A DNA stretch of 64,000 nucleotides from positions 1,781 to 65,780 of the forward strand of contig JAVHOA010000120.1 in assembly GCA_036169815.1 (NCBI GenBank), in the 5' to 3' direction. A program made the translations under genes and the position numbers. The notes beneath the pieces were generated by a model. The model made no database searches. It worked only from the letters and a program-made list of their open reading frames with translations, and had not been told where the DNA came from. Source of the DNA: Sulfurimonadaceae bacterium (GTDB taxonomy: Bacteria; Campylobacterota; Campylobacteria; Campylobacterales; Sulfurimonadaceae). Below are positions 30,068 through 40,026 of the stretch, one piece after another (positions within the stretch are counted from its first letter, which is position 1; each line of letters starts with the position of its first letter).

Positions 30068-31090
30068 CTATTTTGTATTATATTTTTTTAAATACCACGC
30101 AACCGTCTTCACGATCCCCGTATCAAAGGTTTCATCAGCCTTCCAGCCAAGCTCTGTTTCTAATTTTGTAGCATCGATAGCGTAGCGTCTGTCGTGCCCT
30201 GCTCTATCTTCTACAAATGTAATAAGCTCTTTGTAAGAAGTCGATTTTGGAACTTTTTCATCCAAAATAGTGCAAATTCTATCCACGATTTGCAAGTTTG
30301 TTCGCTCATTTCTTCCACCGATATTATACACTTCGCCACTTTTACCTGTATGATAAACAGTGTCTATTCCTTTACAGTGATCAAGCACATACAGCCAATC
30401 TCGTATATTTTTACCATCGCCATAAATTGGGATAGGATTGCCTTTGAGTGCATTTCTAATGATGGTTGGAATCAGTTTTTCATCATGCTGTTTTGGACCA
30501 TAATTGTTGGAACAGTTGGTGATAACAGTATCCATACCATAGGTCTCTTGATAACTTCGCACAATCATATCGCTACTTGCTTTACTTGCACTATAAGGAG
30601 AGTTTGGAGCATACGGTGTACTTTCAGTAAAAAGGTCCAAAGGATCAGATGTGAGCGTTCCATAGACTTCATCCGTTGAAATATGGTGAAATCGGCATCC
30701 TTCATATTTTGGCTTACATGTAAAGGGTTTTTCCATCCAGTATTTATACGCTACATCTAAGAGTGTAAAGGTTCCATTCACATTTGTTTGCACAAATACT
30801 CCAGGATTTTTGATGGAGTTATCGACATGGCTCTCCGCTGCAAAGTGAATCACACCTTGAATATCGTACTCACTAAAAAGAAACTCCACAAGTTCACGAT
30901 TACAAATATCACCTTTGATAAACTTATATCGAGGATTTCCCTCGCACTCTGCTAAGTTTTCAAGGTTTCCAGCATAGGTCAGCAAATCAAGATTGATAAG
31001 ATTGTACTGTGGATACTTCTCTAAAAAATAGGGAACAAAATTTGAGCCTATAAAGCCAGCTGTGCCTGTAAGTAGTAGTGATTTTTTCAT
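30068..31090 (-). CDS. rfbB: dTDP-glucose 4,6-dehydratase
   Basis: ORF track extends to 31117. Preferred start is MKKSLLLTGTAGFIGSNF (ATG 31090; ATGA overlap with the rfbD stop). YSASKASSD catalytic motif. Confidence 0.9.
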   Translation of the reverse strand: MKKSLLLTGTAGFIGSNFVPYFLEKYPQYNLINLDLLTYAGNLENLAECEGNPRYKFIKGDICNRELVEFLFSEYDIQGVIHFAAESHVDNSIKNPGVFVQTNVNGTFTLLDVAYKYWMEKPFTCKPKYEGCRFHHISTDEVYGTLTSDPLDLFTESTPYAPNSPYSASKASSDMIVRSYQETYGMDTVITNCSNNYGPKQHDEKLIPTIIRNALKGNPIPIYGDGKNIRDWLYVLDHCKGIDTVYHTGKSGEVYNIGGRNERTNLQIVDRICTILDEKVPKSTSYKELITFVEDRAGHDRRYAIDATKLETELGWKADETFDTGIVKTVAWYLKKYNTK

Positions 31091-31953
31091 TTTCTTTCTC
31101 CTAAAATTTGTAAACATGCATCCAGTGAGTCTTTCCAGTACGGAATCTCGATACCAAACTCTTTTTTTATTTTTGATTTGCTCAGTAAACTATAGTGCGG
31201 GCGAGTTGCGGGCGTTGGGTACTCTTTTGTTTCAATGGGATTTACCCTACATGGAAGCTTTGCCATACGCATAATCTCTTTTGCAAAATCGTACCAAGAA
31301 AGCACGCCTTCATTTGAGTAGTGATAAATTGCCGGTTTCTCATTTGCTATCTTTGGCAATATTTCTAAGATGACTTGTGCCAAATCCCTTGCATACGTCG
31401 GCGTTCCCACTTGATCGTAAATAACCCCAAGCTCCTCTTTTTCTTTCCCTAAACGCAGCATCGTTTTAACAAAATTGGCTCCAAATGAGCTGTAAACCCA
31501 TGAAGTGCGAATGATAATGGAGTTTGCGGGGCTAGCATGCAAGAGTGCTCTCTCGCCATCGAGTTTTGTTTTTCCATAGATTCCATTTGGATTTGTGGCA
31601 TCTGCTTCTGTGTAGGGTTTGAAGTTTTTTCCATCAAAGACATAATCCGTTGAAATATGAATAAATTTGAGTTTTTTTGCCTTACATGTAAGCGCTAGAT
31701 TTTGCACTGCCAAATGGTTTATGGCATCGGCATTTTGCGCGTCCAATTCTGCTTTATCGACGGCTGTGTAGGCAGCACAGTTGATGATAGCATCGATTGT
31801 ATTGGCTGTTACAAAACGCTCTAGAGCCTCCGCATCACTGATATCCAGAGTGGCTCTATCTGTGAAAAAAAAGTTATATGCAAAGTCTCCATGTAAAGCT
31901 CGTATCTCACTTCCAAGCTGACCGTTTGCGCCTGTTACTAAAACATTACGCAT
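31087..31953 (-). CDS. rfbD: dTDP-4-dehydrorhamnose reductase
   Basis: ORF track extends to 32043. Preferred start is MRNVLVTGANGQLGSEI (ATG 31953, 8-nt overlap with the rfbC stop). YGKTKLDGE motif. Confidence 0.9.
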   Translation of the reverse strand: MRNVLVTGANGQLGSEIRALHGDFAYNFFFTDRATLDISDAEALERFVTANTIDAIINCAAYTAVDKAELDAQNADAINHLAVQNLALTCKAKKLKFIHISTDYVFDGKNFKPYTEADATNPNGIYGKTKLDGERALLHASPANSIIIRTSWVYSSFGANFVKTMLRLGKEKEELGVIYDQVGTPTYARDLAQVILEILPKIANEKPAIYHYSNEGVLSWYDFAKEIMRMAKLPCRVNPIETKEYPTPATRPHYSLLSKSKIKKEFGIEIPYWKDSLDACLQILGERK

Positions 31954-32524
31954 GGTAATAATCCACGCCATATTCAAACAAATCAGTCGCTTGGGCGAGT
32001 TTTGGTTGGAGTTTATCTTTTGCGGAGAGGTTGAGTGCATCATACGCTACTTGCCACTCAATGTTTAGTGCTGCATCATCAAAAGCGATGCCACGATCAC
32101 ACTCAGGAGAGTAGTAATTATCGACTTTATAAGCAAAAATTGTGTCATCTTCAAGCACTACAAATCCATGTGCAAATCCTCTTGGAACAAGCATCTGTTT
32201 TTTATTGTCTGCACTTAACTCTACGCTTACATGTAAGCCAAATGTCGGACTTCCTTTGCGAATATCTACAGCCACATCAAGCACTTTGCCTTGGATGACC
32301 CGCACAAGTTTTGTTTGTGCGTGCGGTGGAAGTTGGTAGTGTAACCCTCGTAAAACTCCCCGAGAGCTTTTCGACTCATTATCTTGGCAAAAGTTGATTT
32401 TATAGCCTAAAAATGCCTCAAGTTTATCGGCTCGAAATGTCTCTACAAAATAGCCTCGATGGTCTCCGTGTACTTTTGGCTCAATGATAATCACATCTTC
32501 TATTGCTGTTCTTGTAAACTGCAT
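31946..32524 (-). CDS. rfbC: dTDP-4-dehydrorhamnose 3,5-epimerase
   Basis: 192 aa. DHRGYFVETF..., RGLHYQ, and the cupin fold of RmlC. Confidence 0.9.
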   Translation of the reverse strand: MQFTRTAIEDVIIIEPKVHGDHRGYFVETFRADKLEAFLGYKINFCQDNESKSSRGVLRGLHYQLPPHAQTKLVRVIQGKVLDVAVDIRKGSPTFGLHVSVELSADNKKQMLVPRGFAHGFVVLEDDTIFAYKVDNYYSPECDRGIAFDDAALNIEWQVAYDALNLSAKDKLQPKLAQATDLFEYGVDYYHA

Positions 32525-33414
32525 TATTTTAATCCTCTTGGTTGGCTAGCTCTACGAATAAGATACTGGCCATATTGATTTTTACTTAAAGGCACGGCAA
32601 GCTCTAAAAGTTTTTCTTTGGAGATATAGCCCATCTCATAAGCAATCTCTTCGATACATGCAACTTTTAAAGATTGGCGATTTTCAATGGTTTGGATAAA
32701 TTGACTTGCTTCTAATAAGGATTCATGCGTTCCGGTATCAAGCCATGCATACCCGCGACCCATCAGTTCTACTTTGAGCCTTTTTTCATCAAGATAGTCT
32801 TGGTTGAGCGTCGTAATCTCAAGCTCTCCGCGCTCACTTGGTTTAACCTCTTTTGCTTTTGCTACGACATCATTTGGATAAAAATAAAGACCAACCACCA
32901 CATAGTTGCTTTTCGGATTTGTTGGTTTTTCCTCTAATGAGGTGACGTTTCCAGCATCATCAAACTCAGCCACGCCATAACGCTCAGGATCGCTCACGTA
33001 ATAGCCAAATACAGTCGCTTTTTTCTCCTCTTGTGCACTTTTTACACTTTGAGCCAAGAGTTTTGTCAGACCCTGACCATAAAAGATATTATCTCCTAAA
33101 ACCAAACATGCATCATCGCCAGCTAAAAATTCTTCACCGAGCAAAAATGCTTGCGCAAGTCCATCGGGTGAGGGTTGGACCACATAAGAAAATGCCATGC
33201 CAATATCGCTTCCATCACCTAAAAGTTCCTCAAATCTTGGAAGATCTTTTGGAGTGGAGATGATAAGCACTTCTGTGATTCCTGCGAGCATAAGCACTGA
33301 GAGTGGATAGTAAATCATCGGTTTATCATAAATTGGGACGAGCTGTTTGGAAACTCCCTTGGTGATTGGGTAGAGTCGTGTACCGCTTCCCCCTGCTAAA
33401 ATAATGCCTTTCAT
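32524..33414 (-). CDS. rfbA: Glucose-1-phosphate thymidylyltransferase
   Basis: 296 aa. [18 protein letters not shown]...[17 protein letters not shown]. Confidence 0.9.
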   Translation of the reverse strand: MKGIILAGGSGTRLYPITKGVSKQLVPIYDKPMIYYPLSVLMLAGITEVLIISTPKDLPRFEELLGDGSDIGMAFSYVVQPSPDGLAQAFLLGEEFLAGDDACLVLGDNIFYGQGLTKLLAQSVKSAQEEKKATVFGYYVSDPERYGVAEFDDAGNVTSLEEKPTNPKSNYVVVGLYFYPNDVVAKAKEVKPSERGELEITTLNQDYLDEKRLKVELMGRGYAWLDTGTHESLLEASQFIQTIENRQSLKVACIEEIAYEMGYISKEKLLELAVPLSKNQYGQYLIRRASQPRGLK

Positions 33415-34446
33415 CTATTGCTCCTTTTTGTATCCGTTTGGATTGTTACTTTGCCATCTCCAACTATCATGGCACATATCTTCAAGTGTTTTTGTAGCTT
33501 CCCAGCCTAAAATCTCTTTTGCATAACTTGGATTAGCATAGCAAGAGGCAATATCGCCCACTCGACGCTCTACAATCTTATATGCTACTTTTTTCTGACT
33601 CGCTTTTTCAAATCCATTAACCACATCTAAAACGCTGTACCCTTTTCCAGTACCGAGATTGACAATAAGTGGATTGATACTATTTTTTCCATTGAGATAA
33701 TCAATCGCTTTGACATGTCCATAAGCTAAATCAACAACATGGATATAATCCCGTACTCCAGTGCCATCATGTGTTGCATAATCTCCGCCAAAAACACTTA
33801 AAAACTCTCTACGCCCAACAGCAACTTGTGCAACAAAGGGCATAAGATTGTTAGGCACTCCATTTGGATCTTCACCAATAAGCCCACTTTCATGCGCACC
33901 TACTGGATTGAAATATCGCAAAATTACTATTTTAAATGCACTATCGCTTACATGTACATCTTTTAAAATCTCTTCTATAAAAAGCTTTGTTTTTCCATAT
34001 GGGTTGGTGATGCCACCAGTTGGGAAACTCTCTTTTATTGGTGTAGTGTGCGGATCGCCATAGACAGTTGCAGAGGAACTAAAAACTATCTTTTTGCATT
34101 CAAACTCTTGCATTACATGTAAGAGCACAAGGGTGCCATTGACATTATTATCATAATAATCCAAAGGATGTTTGACAGAATCTCCAACCGCTTTTAAACC
34201 AGCAAAATGGATTACTGAGTCAATGTTATATTTTGAAAAAACTCTTTGAAGCGCTTTTTTATCACGAATATCGCCCTCTTCAAACACGATTTTTTTATCT
34301 ATAATTTTTTCAACTCTTACTAAAGACTCTTTTGAAGCGTTACAAAGATTATCATAAACGATAAAATCATAACCTGCCTTATCAAGCGCTATTAAAGTGT
34401 GAGAACCAATATACCCAGCTCCGCCTGTAATTAAAATATTCATCAA
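33415..34446 (-). CDS. galE: UDP-glucose 4-epimerase
   Basis: 343 aa. ILITGGAGYIGSH; the YGKTKLFIE catalytic YxxxK motif. Confidence 0.9.
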   Translation of the reverse strand: MMNILITGGAGYIGSHTLIALDKAGYDFIVYDNLCNASKESLVRVEKIIDKKIVFEEGDIRDKKALQRVFSKYNIDSVIHFAGLKAVGDSVKHPLDYYDNNVNGTLVLLHVMQEFECKKIVFSSSATVYGDPHTTPIKESFPTGGITNPYGKTKLFIEEILKDVHVSDSAFKIVILRYFNPVGAHESGLIGEDPNGVPNNLMPFVAQVAVGRREFLSVFGGDYATHDGTGVRDYIHVVDLAYGHVKAIDYLNGKNSINPLIVNLGTGKGYSVLDVVNGFEKASQKKVAYKIVERRVGDIASCYANPSYAKEILGWEATKTLEDMCHDSWRWQSNNPNGYKKEQ

Positions 34447-34593
34447 TCAACTTTCTTAAATTATTTTCTATTTTATCTCATTAAATTATTTGTAATTGTA
34501 GTAAATAGAAGCTTCAAAAATTGTAATTTAGTAAAAAAATCCTTTTAAATCTTATTTTAATATTTCTTTGAGTAAAATTCTAATCTTTAAAAT

Positions 34594-34677
34594 GCCTGCG
34601 TGGTGAAATGGTAGACACGGCGGATTCAAAATCCGCTATCGCAAGATGTGGCGGTTCGAGTCCGCCCGCAGGTACCA
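34594..34677 (+). tRNA. tRNA-Leu (anticodon CAA), long variable arm, CCA encoded
   Basis: GCCTGCG...CGCAGGT acceptor stem; anticodon loop TTCAAAA within GGATTCAAAATCC; variable arm GCTATCGCAAGATGTGGC; T-arm GGTTCGAGTCC; 3' ACCA. Confidence 0.9.
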
Positions 34678-34698
34678 CTTTCTTTTTTACAATCAATT

Positions 34699-35364
34699 CT
34701 ACATAAATTTATAGTATTCCTCTTTGATTTTTTTTTCTAGCTCTTTTGAATTGGGAAGATATTTTTGTACAAGGGCATGAAAATATTTTGAGTGGTTCAT
34801 GTGACGCAAATGGGCCAGTTCATGGACGATAACATAGTCTATAAGCGTGGGAGAGAGCTTTAAAAGTTGGGTGTTAAAGGTCAGTTCGCCTTTTGTGTCG
34901 CAACTTCCCCACCTTCGTTTCATCTTTTTATATTTAATATTTGTCGAGTGTAAACCCATAAGATCACTAAAGTAAGCAACACGTTTTGGGATATATTGCG
35001 CAGCCATCGTTTTGTAGTAGTTGTCATAGATTGCTAAAATTTTGTTTGGCGTACTGTTTTTACCTGCTAAAAGTTGCGCCCTTAACGGCTCTGCAAGTTC
35101 ATGATCAACGCTATAAAGTTCTCCAAAAAGTAACACTTCATCTTCAAAATTGACATTTACTTTTTGATATTTTTCAATATGATTGATTTTTTTTACAATC
35201 CAATCAGCTTTGCTTTGAATAAGTTGCACAATTTGCGCTTGAGATGTAAGGGGTGTTTTTACAAGTATCTGACTTGATGGCAAGATATTGATATAACTAT
35301 GTTTAAGCTTTGGATTGGTGAGAAGCTCTACATGTAAGCCGCAAATCTCTAAACTTTTATGCAT
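34699..35364 (-). CDS. YgjP-like (DUF45/M48-type) metal-dependent hydrolase
   Basis: 221 aa. [12 protein letters not shown] zinc motif (HExxH) near the C-terminus. 8-nt overlap with queC. Confidence 0.8.
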   Translation of the reverse strand: MHKSLEICGLHVELLTNPKLKHSYINILPSSQILVKTPLTSQAQIVQLIQSKADWIVKKINHIEKYQKVNVNFEDEVLLFGELYSVDHELAEPLRAQLLAGKNSTPNKILAIYDNYYKTMAAQYIPKRVAYFSDLMGLHSTNIKYKKMKRRWGSCDTKGELTFNTQLLKLSPTLIDYVIVHELAHLRHMNHSKYFHALVQKYLPNSKELEKKIKEEYYKFM

Positions 35365-36034
35365 AGATTATGGGGTCTTTGATGCCAGCTTTTTCAAAGC
35401 CATTGAGTCGCAATCTGCAGCTGTCACACACACCGCACGCTTTGTCCTCATTTTGATAGCAGCTCCATGTGAGTTCGAGTGGCACTTGTAGTTTGATTGC
35501 TTCTTCAACAATTTGGGATTTTTTGAGATGCACAAGTGGCATAAAGATTGTGAGATTTGTTGTATCTTTTGTGCCAAGGTTGATACTTTCTTGCATACTT
35601 TGTATGTAGCGCTCACGACAATCTGGATAGCCACTACTATCCTCTTCAACCACTCCAATGGCAATCGCTTCTGCACCCTCTTTTTCTGCGATTGCAGCTG
35701 CCATACTTAAAAATATGCCATTGCGAAAAGGAACATAAGTCACAGGAACTCCCTCTTCTATGCCGCCTATTGGAACATCGATGCTTGTATCTGTGAGTGC
35801 TGAGGCTCCAAGCTCCTTAAAAAAACCGATATCAAGCGAGTATTTTTGGCTTACATGTAAGGCTTTACAGATATTTTCAAAACACGCCAACTCTTTTTTT
35901 TGTGTGCGCTGGTCATAGTTAAAATGCACCGCAATAATCTCATATCCAAGATTACGCATCATATAGGCGCTCAAAGTTGAGTCCATTCCACCACTCATAA
36001 TACAAACTGCTTTTTTATTTTTCATATTTTTCAT
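35357..36034 (-). CDS. queC: 7-cyano-7-deazaguanine synthase
   Basis: 225 aa. [14 protein letters not shown]-loop; C-terminal zinc cluster [18 protein letters not shown]. Confidence 0.9.
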   Translation of the reverse strand: MKNMKNKKAVCIMSGGMDSTLSAYMMRNLGYEIIAVHFNYDQRTQKKELACFENICKALHVSQKYSLDIGFFKELGASALTDTSIDVPIGGIEEGVPVTYVPFRNGIFLSMAAAIAEKEGAEAIAIGVVEEDSSGYPDCRERYIQSMQESINLGTKDTTNLTIFMPLVHLKKSQIVEEAIKLQVPLELTWSCYQNEDKACGVCDSCRLRLNGFEKAGIKDPIIYA

Positions 36035-36038
36035 AGCC

Positions 36039-37709
36039 TTATTTCAATAATTTACTTTTTAGTATGGCATCTGCCACTCGAAAGGAGTTGGCATAAATCG
36101 TCCATGTATAGGGCACACTTCCACCTGTTGGCATAAAAGAAGCATCGCTGATATAGAGATTTTGTAGCGCATGCGCTTTACAATTTTTATCTAAAACAGA
36201 ACTTTTTTCATCCACTCCAAAGCGACAACCTCCTGCGACAAGGTTTGGCGGTGGCGAAGCTGTGATGGAGGATGTGACATCAACTGCACCCATCGCCCTT
36301 AATACTTTCACTCCCTTTTGTGCTAAGAACTCCGCGACTTCTAGATCATGCGGATGGGCATTAAGGCGTATTTTTGCAACGGGGATGCCCCATTTATCTT
36401 TCACTTTTTCATCCACACTCACAAAACAATCATCAGTTGGCAGCCAGTCGTTGAACACTTCAAAAGTAAATTTTCTTGAGCGCATAAAAGAGTGTTGGAT
36501 TTTGCTTTGCAACGCTTTGCCCCAAACCAGATCTCCTTTGCTATCATACACTTCTGCCATGGCTTTGCTTGTCGGATTTGCATGTTCAAAAAGAAAATCT
36601 ATGGTTCCCCCTTTGATTCTTTTACCCTCTTTTTTATACTCATACCAATCTTGCAGCGAGCGATTTACAAATGCCCCGCGCAAGAGCAAAACATCTTGTT
36701 TCTCTTTTGGAAGTTTTTCAAAAACAAATTTTCCGCTTCCACCACCGCCTGCCGAGAAGATAAGGTTTTTGCCAACTTGATTAAAATTATTTAATATCCC
36801 ATGTGGAAAATAGCTATTTTTGGAGTTTAAAAGCAAACGGGAGGTCTCAATGGCTTGCGCGGCTAAAACAAATACTTTTGCTTTCACAAAATAGGCTTTT
36901 TTATTTTTATCAAAAAAATAGACTTTTGTTGCTTTGTATTTGTCGGTCTCGATTCTATAAACAAAGGATTCACTGAGTATTTTACAGTTTCCTGTTTGCA
37001 CAGCTTTATCTAAAAGTGCAGATCTTGCATTGCCCTTTGCGCCAGTTGCACAACCGTAACTTCCACAAAAGTTTGAATACGAACACCCATTTCTACCTAG
37101 TGCATTATGTGGCAAAATCGCCCTTGGTGTAGGAATGGAGTGGTACCTGAGATGCTTACATGTAAGGTCAAACCAAGAAGCAATTGGATGTTCCCAAGTG
37201 GGCTTGAAGGGAAACTCTTTTGAGGAGCGTGGCTCTAAAAATGGGTGCTTCACCACTTTTCCAGAAACGCCGACAACTTTTTCTACTTTATCATAATAGG
37301 GCTCAAGTGTTTTATAATCAATAACCCAATCGACCACATTAGCACCCTTGATTTTGCCGTACACTGATGCCATTTTAAAATCATTTGGCTTCAATCTGTG
37401 AAAATATCCGCTCATTAAATTTGATGAACCTCCAACCATCGAACCATTCCAAAAGTTCCAGTTACTATTTTTTGCCTCAACACTTTTCCAAGTGCCATCA
37501 TCCTCTTTTGTTTCTACGACATGCTGCTCTTCATCAAGTGGAGGCGTGTAGATATCACGACGACAAACAGCGAGTTCATCTTTGAAAAAATCTTTTTCAC
37601 TATAGTGTCTTCCTTTCTCTAAAACAAGCACTTTTTTCCCAGCAAGAGCCATCTCATAAGCAATAGGCGCGCCACCTGCTCCGCTGCCGATTATACAGAT
37701 ATCATACAT
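36039..37709 (-). CDS. GMC-family flavoprotein oxidoreductase (large subunit of a gluconate-2-dehydrogenase-like enzyme; Cj0415-type)
   Basis: 556 aa. N-terminal FAD motif [16 protein letters not shown]. Overlaps the small TAT-signal subunit gene by 8 nt, the same layout as the Campylobacter Cj0414/Cj0415 pair. Confidence 0.85.
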   Translation of the reverse strand: MYDICIIGSGAGGAPIAYEMALAGKKVLVLEKGRHYSEKDFFKDELAVCRRDIYTPPLDEEQHVVETKEDDGTWKSVEAKNSNWNFWNGSMVGGSSNLMSGYFHRLKPNDFKMASVYGKIKGANVVDWVIDYKTLEPYYDKVEKVVGVSGKVVKHPFLEPRSSKEFPFKPTWEHPIASWFDLTCKHLRYHSIPTPRAILPHNALGRNGCSYSNFCGSYGCATGAKGNARSALLDKAVQTGNCKILSESFVYRIETDKYKATKVYFFDKNKKAYFVKAKVFVLAAQAIETSRLLLNSKNSYFPHGILNNFNQVGKNLIFSAGGGGSGKFVFEKLPKEKQDVLLLRGAFVNRSLQDWYEYKKEGKRIKGGTIDFLFEHANPTSKAMAEVYDSKGDLVWGKALQSKIQHSFMRSRKFTFEVFNDWLPTDDCFVSVDEKVKDKWGIPVAKIRLNAHPHDLEVAEFLAQKGVKVLRAMGAVDVTSSITASPPPNLVAGGCRFGVDEKSSVLDKNCKAHALQNLYISDASFMPTGGSVPYTWTIYANSFRVADAILKSKLLK

Positions 37710-38220
37710 AGCTATTTACCCTTGGTGGACGGGGAAATCCGCTCTCATAACCCAGCCATCTCCAGCCTATCATCTTGGTGTTTGCACCATACACTGGATC
37801 GCTAAACATCGCCTCAAAAGTATAATTCATCAGATACCAAAGCCACGTATCTCCCCATGATTTTTGTGCGATTTGCTTTATTACTTTTTCTCTTTGTGCC
37901 AAGGAGAGCTCTCTATAATTTTTTGCGTAACTGTTTTGTGTAGTTTGATTGAGCCATTTGACCCCATCAATAAGAGTTTTTTTTCTCGCTTGCGTTACTC
38001 TTTTATCTTGCATTACAGCTTTTATAAAACCGATGGCATTAAAAGAGTGCGGTGATGGCATGGCGATATTTGGGGGAAACAGATCGGCAATAACCACCGA
38101 AATAGTCTGATAAGGCTCCGCCATAATCTTGACATGGTACGCATAAGAACCATGTGTCACGCCAAAAGCACTCACACCCACAAGCAATGCCGAATATTGT
38201 ATAAACTCTCTTCTTTTCAT
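37702..38220 (-). CDS. Gluconate 2-dehydrogenase subunit 3-like small subunit with twin-arginine signal
   Basis: 172 aa. MKRREFIQYSALLVGVSAFG (TAT-type RR motif). Genetically coupled to the GMC flavoprotein gene. Confidence 0.75.
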   Translation of the reverse strand: MKRREFIQYSALLVGVSAFGVTHGSYAYHVKIMAEPYQTISVVIADLFPPNIAMPSPHSFNAIGFIKAVMQDKRVTQARKKTLIDGVKWLNQTTQNSYAKNYRELSLAQREKVIKQIAQKSWGDTWLWYLMNYTFEAMFSDPVYGANTKMIGWRWLGYESGFPRPPRVNSYV

Positions 38221-38238
38221 AGTGCAATAGTAACATTT

Positions 38239-38265
38239 TAATCTTTTAATTTTTTATACCGATAT
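38239..38265 (+). promoter_or_regulatory. Candidate sigma-28 (FliA) promoter upstream of the YjfB-like gene
   Basis: TAAT-N16-CCGATAT (CCGATAT at 38259..38265) resembles the epsilonproteobacterial FliA consensus TAAA-N15-CCGATAT. It lies about 35 nt upstream of ATG 38299. Confidence 0.45.
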
Positions 38266-38298
38266 ATATGCGTGCAAATATTTTATAAAGGAAATAAA

Positions 38299-38511
38299 AT
38301 GGATTCCATTAGTAATTCACAAGCTCCTATTGCTGCACAAATGTATGCAATGAAAAAAAGTCGAGAGGTTGATGAGCAGTCTATGGCGAAGCTTTTAGAT
38401 AGTGCGTCACTTCAGAATCAAAAGATTCAAAATACTCAAGATCAACAACAGATGCAACAAGCAACTGCACAAAAAACAGGTCTTGGTCAAAGCTTAGATT
38501 TAATGGCATAA
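38299..38511 (+). CDS. Small Gln-rich protein, YjfB-like putative motility protein
   Basis: ORF track starts at GTG 38272. Preferred start is ATG 38299 (MDSISNSQAPIAAQMYAMKKSREVDEQSMAKLL...) with AAGGA upstream. The ...MKKxxxxxEQxxxxLL... pattern recalls the YjfB family. Confidence 0.5.
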   Translation: MDSISNSQAPIAAQMYAMKKSREVDEQSMAKLLDSASLQNQKIQNTQDQQQMQQATAQKTGLGQSLDLMA

Positions 38512-38586
38512 AGTTTACAGATAGAGTTTTCTATCTGTAAAAACCTCTTTCAACCCTTTTATAACCCATTTTTGTTACAATCTTGT

Positions 38587-39006
38587 ATGATAAATTTTGA
38601 TAATAGAACCTCTCTTCCTATTGATTTAGAGCTGCTTGAAACTTTGGCAAAAACTTTTACAGACAAAGAGATAGAGCTCATTTTAACGGACAATGAAGAG
38701 ATACAAACAATCAACAAAACCTTTAGAAACATCGACAAGCCGACAGATGTGCTAAGTTTTCCTTATGAAACGATGCCGTTTTCTCCCCTTGGAAGTATTA
38801 TGATTTCTATTGATTATGTTCAAAAAATAGCACAAGAGGAGGGTCATACAGCCCAAGAGGAGTTTACTTTGCTTTTTATTCATGGATTGCTCCATATTTT
38901 AGGCTTTGACCATGAGTGTGACAAGGGAGAGATGCGCGCTAAAGAGAGTGAACTTATCGAGCAGTATCAACTGCCCAAAAGTTTAATAGTAAGAACGCAG
39001 GGCTAA
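38587..39006 (+). CDS. ybeY: rRNA maturation endoribonuclease YbeY
   Basis: ORF track starts at TTG 38572; ATG 38587 (MINFDN...) is preferred. HGLLHILGFDH zinc-binding motif. Confidence 0.85.
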   Translation: MINFDNRTSLPIDLELLETLAKTFTDKEIELILTDNEEIQTINKTFRNIDKPTDVLSFPYETMPFSPLGSIMISIDYVQKIAQEEGHTAQEEFTLLFIHGLLHILGFDHECDKGEMRAKESELIEQYQLPKSLIVRTQG

Positions 39007-39978
39007 TTACGCCCTGTTTTTGTTTTCCCAAAGAGAGTGTAAAAACGCAGCAGCGATAAGTGCGATACCCACCGTTCCCGTGACCGCTTCACCAATCTCC
39101 ATCGTGATTTTAAGCAGCATAATCACCGCCAATATTCCGATGGCATAATGTGCACCATGCTCTAAATATTGAAACTCTGAGAGTGTTTTATGCTCAACAA
39201 AATAAAGAGTAATACTTCGCACAAACATCGCTCCAACGCCAAGACCTATCATGATAATAAAGATATTGCTTGAAAGTGCAAAAGCTCCAATCACACCATC
39301 GAAACTGAAACTCGCATCTAAAACTTCAAGATAGATAAATCCAGCAATGCCACTTTTTACTGTGTCACTTGAGAGAAAATGATCGAGCATTCCAAGTAAA
39401 GAGTGGAGTAAAACTCCATACATAAATGCAAGGACAACCCCGAAATCATGGGTTACATGTCCTAAAATAATACCAGCTAAAATCGCAACAATCAACTCAA
39501 TATTGGCAACACCTGAAAACTGTTTGACCATTTTAGAATCTTCAAGCAGTTTAAACCAACTGATTTCATGCTCCTCAAAAAAGAAATCTAAAAAGACCAT
39601 CAACAAAAATGCTCCACCAAAGGCAAAGATTGTTGTTTCAGTTGATTTTAAAATCGATTCGTAACGGTGCGGTTCATCGATGGCTACATGTAAGGTCTCA
39701 AAAAGACCCATCCCTGTAACAATAGAAACAATTGCTAAAGGAAAAAGAAGTCGCATACCAAACACGGCAATAGGCATCCCAAAAATAATAAAACGCTGTT
39801 GCCAGATTGGCTCCATTGTGCTTAATGTTTTTGCATTAACAACCGCATTATCAAATGAAAGAGAGATTTCTAAAATAACAAGTAAAGCCGCAATATAAAC
39901 GCCTTGTAAACCACCTAAAAAATAACCACCAACCAAACCAAAAAGCAGGATGATAAATGAACTTATAAAGTAACGCAT
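39007..39978 (-). CDS. TerC/DUF475-family integral membrane protein
   Basis: 323 aa, multi-pass hydrophobic. LEISLSFDNAVVNA motif typical of the TerC superfamily. Confidence 0.75.
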   Translation of the reverse strand: MRYFISSFIILLFGLVGGYFLGGLQGVYIAALLVILEISLSFDNAVVNAKTLSTMEPIWQQRFIIFGMPIAVFGMRLLFPLAIVSIVTGMGLFETLHVAIDEPHRYESILKSTETTIFAFGGAFLLMVFLDFFFEEHEISWFKLLEDSKMVKQFSGVANIELIVAILAGIILGHVTHDFGVVLAFMYGVLLHSLLGMLDHFLSSDTVKSGIAGFIYLEVLDASFSFDGVIGAFALSSNIFIIMIGLGVGAMFVRSITLYFVEHKTLSEFQYLEHGAHYAIGILAVIMLLKITMEIGEAVTGTVGIALIAAAFLHSLWENKNRA

Positions 39979-40026
39979 GAAAACCTTTGTGAAAAATATT
40001 TTAAATTATAGCCTAAGCACTTTAAT

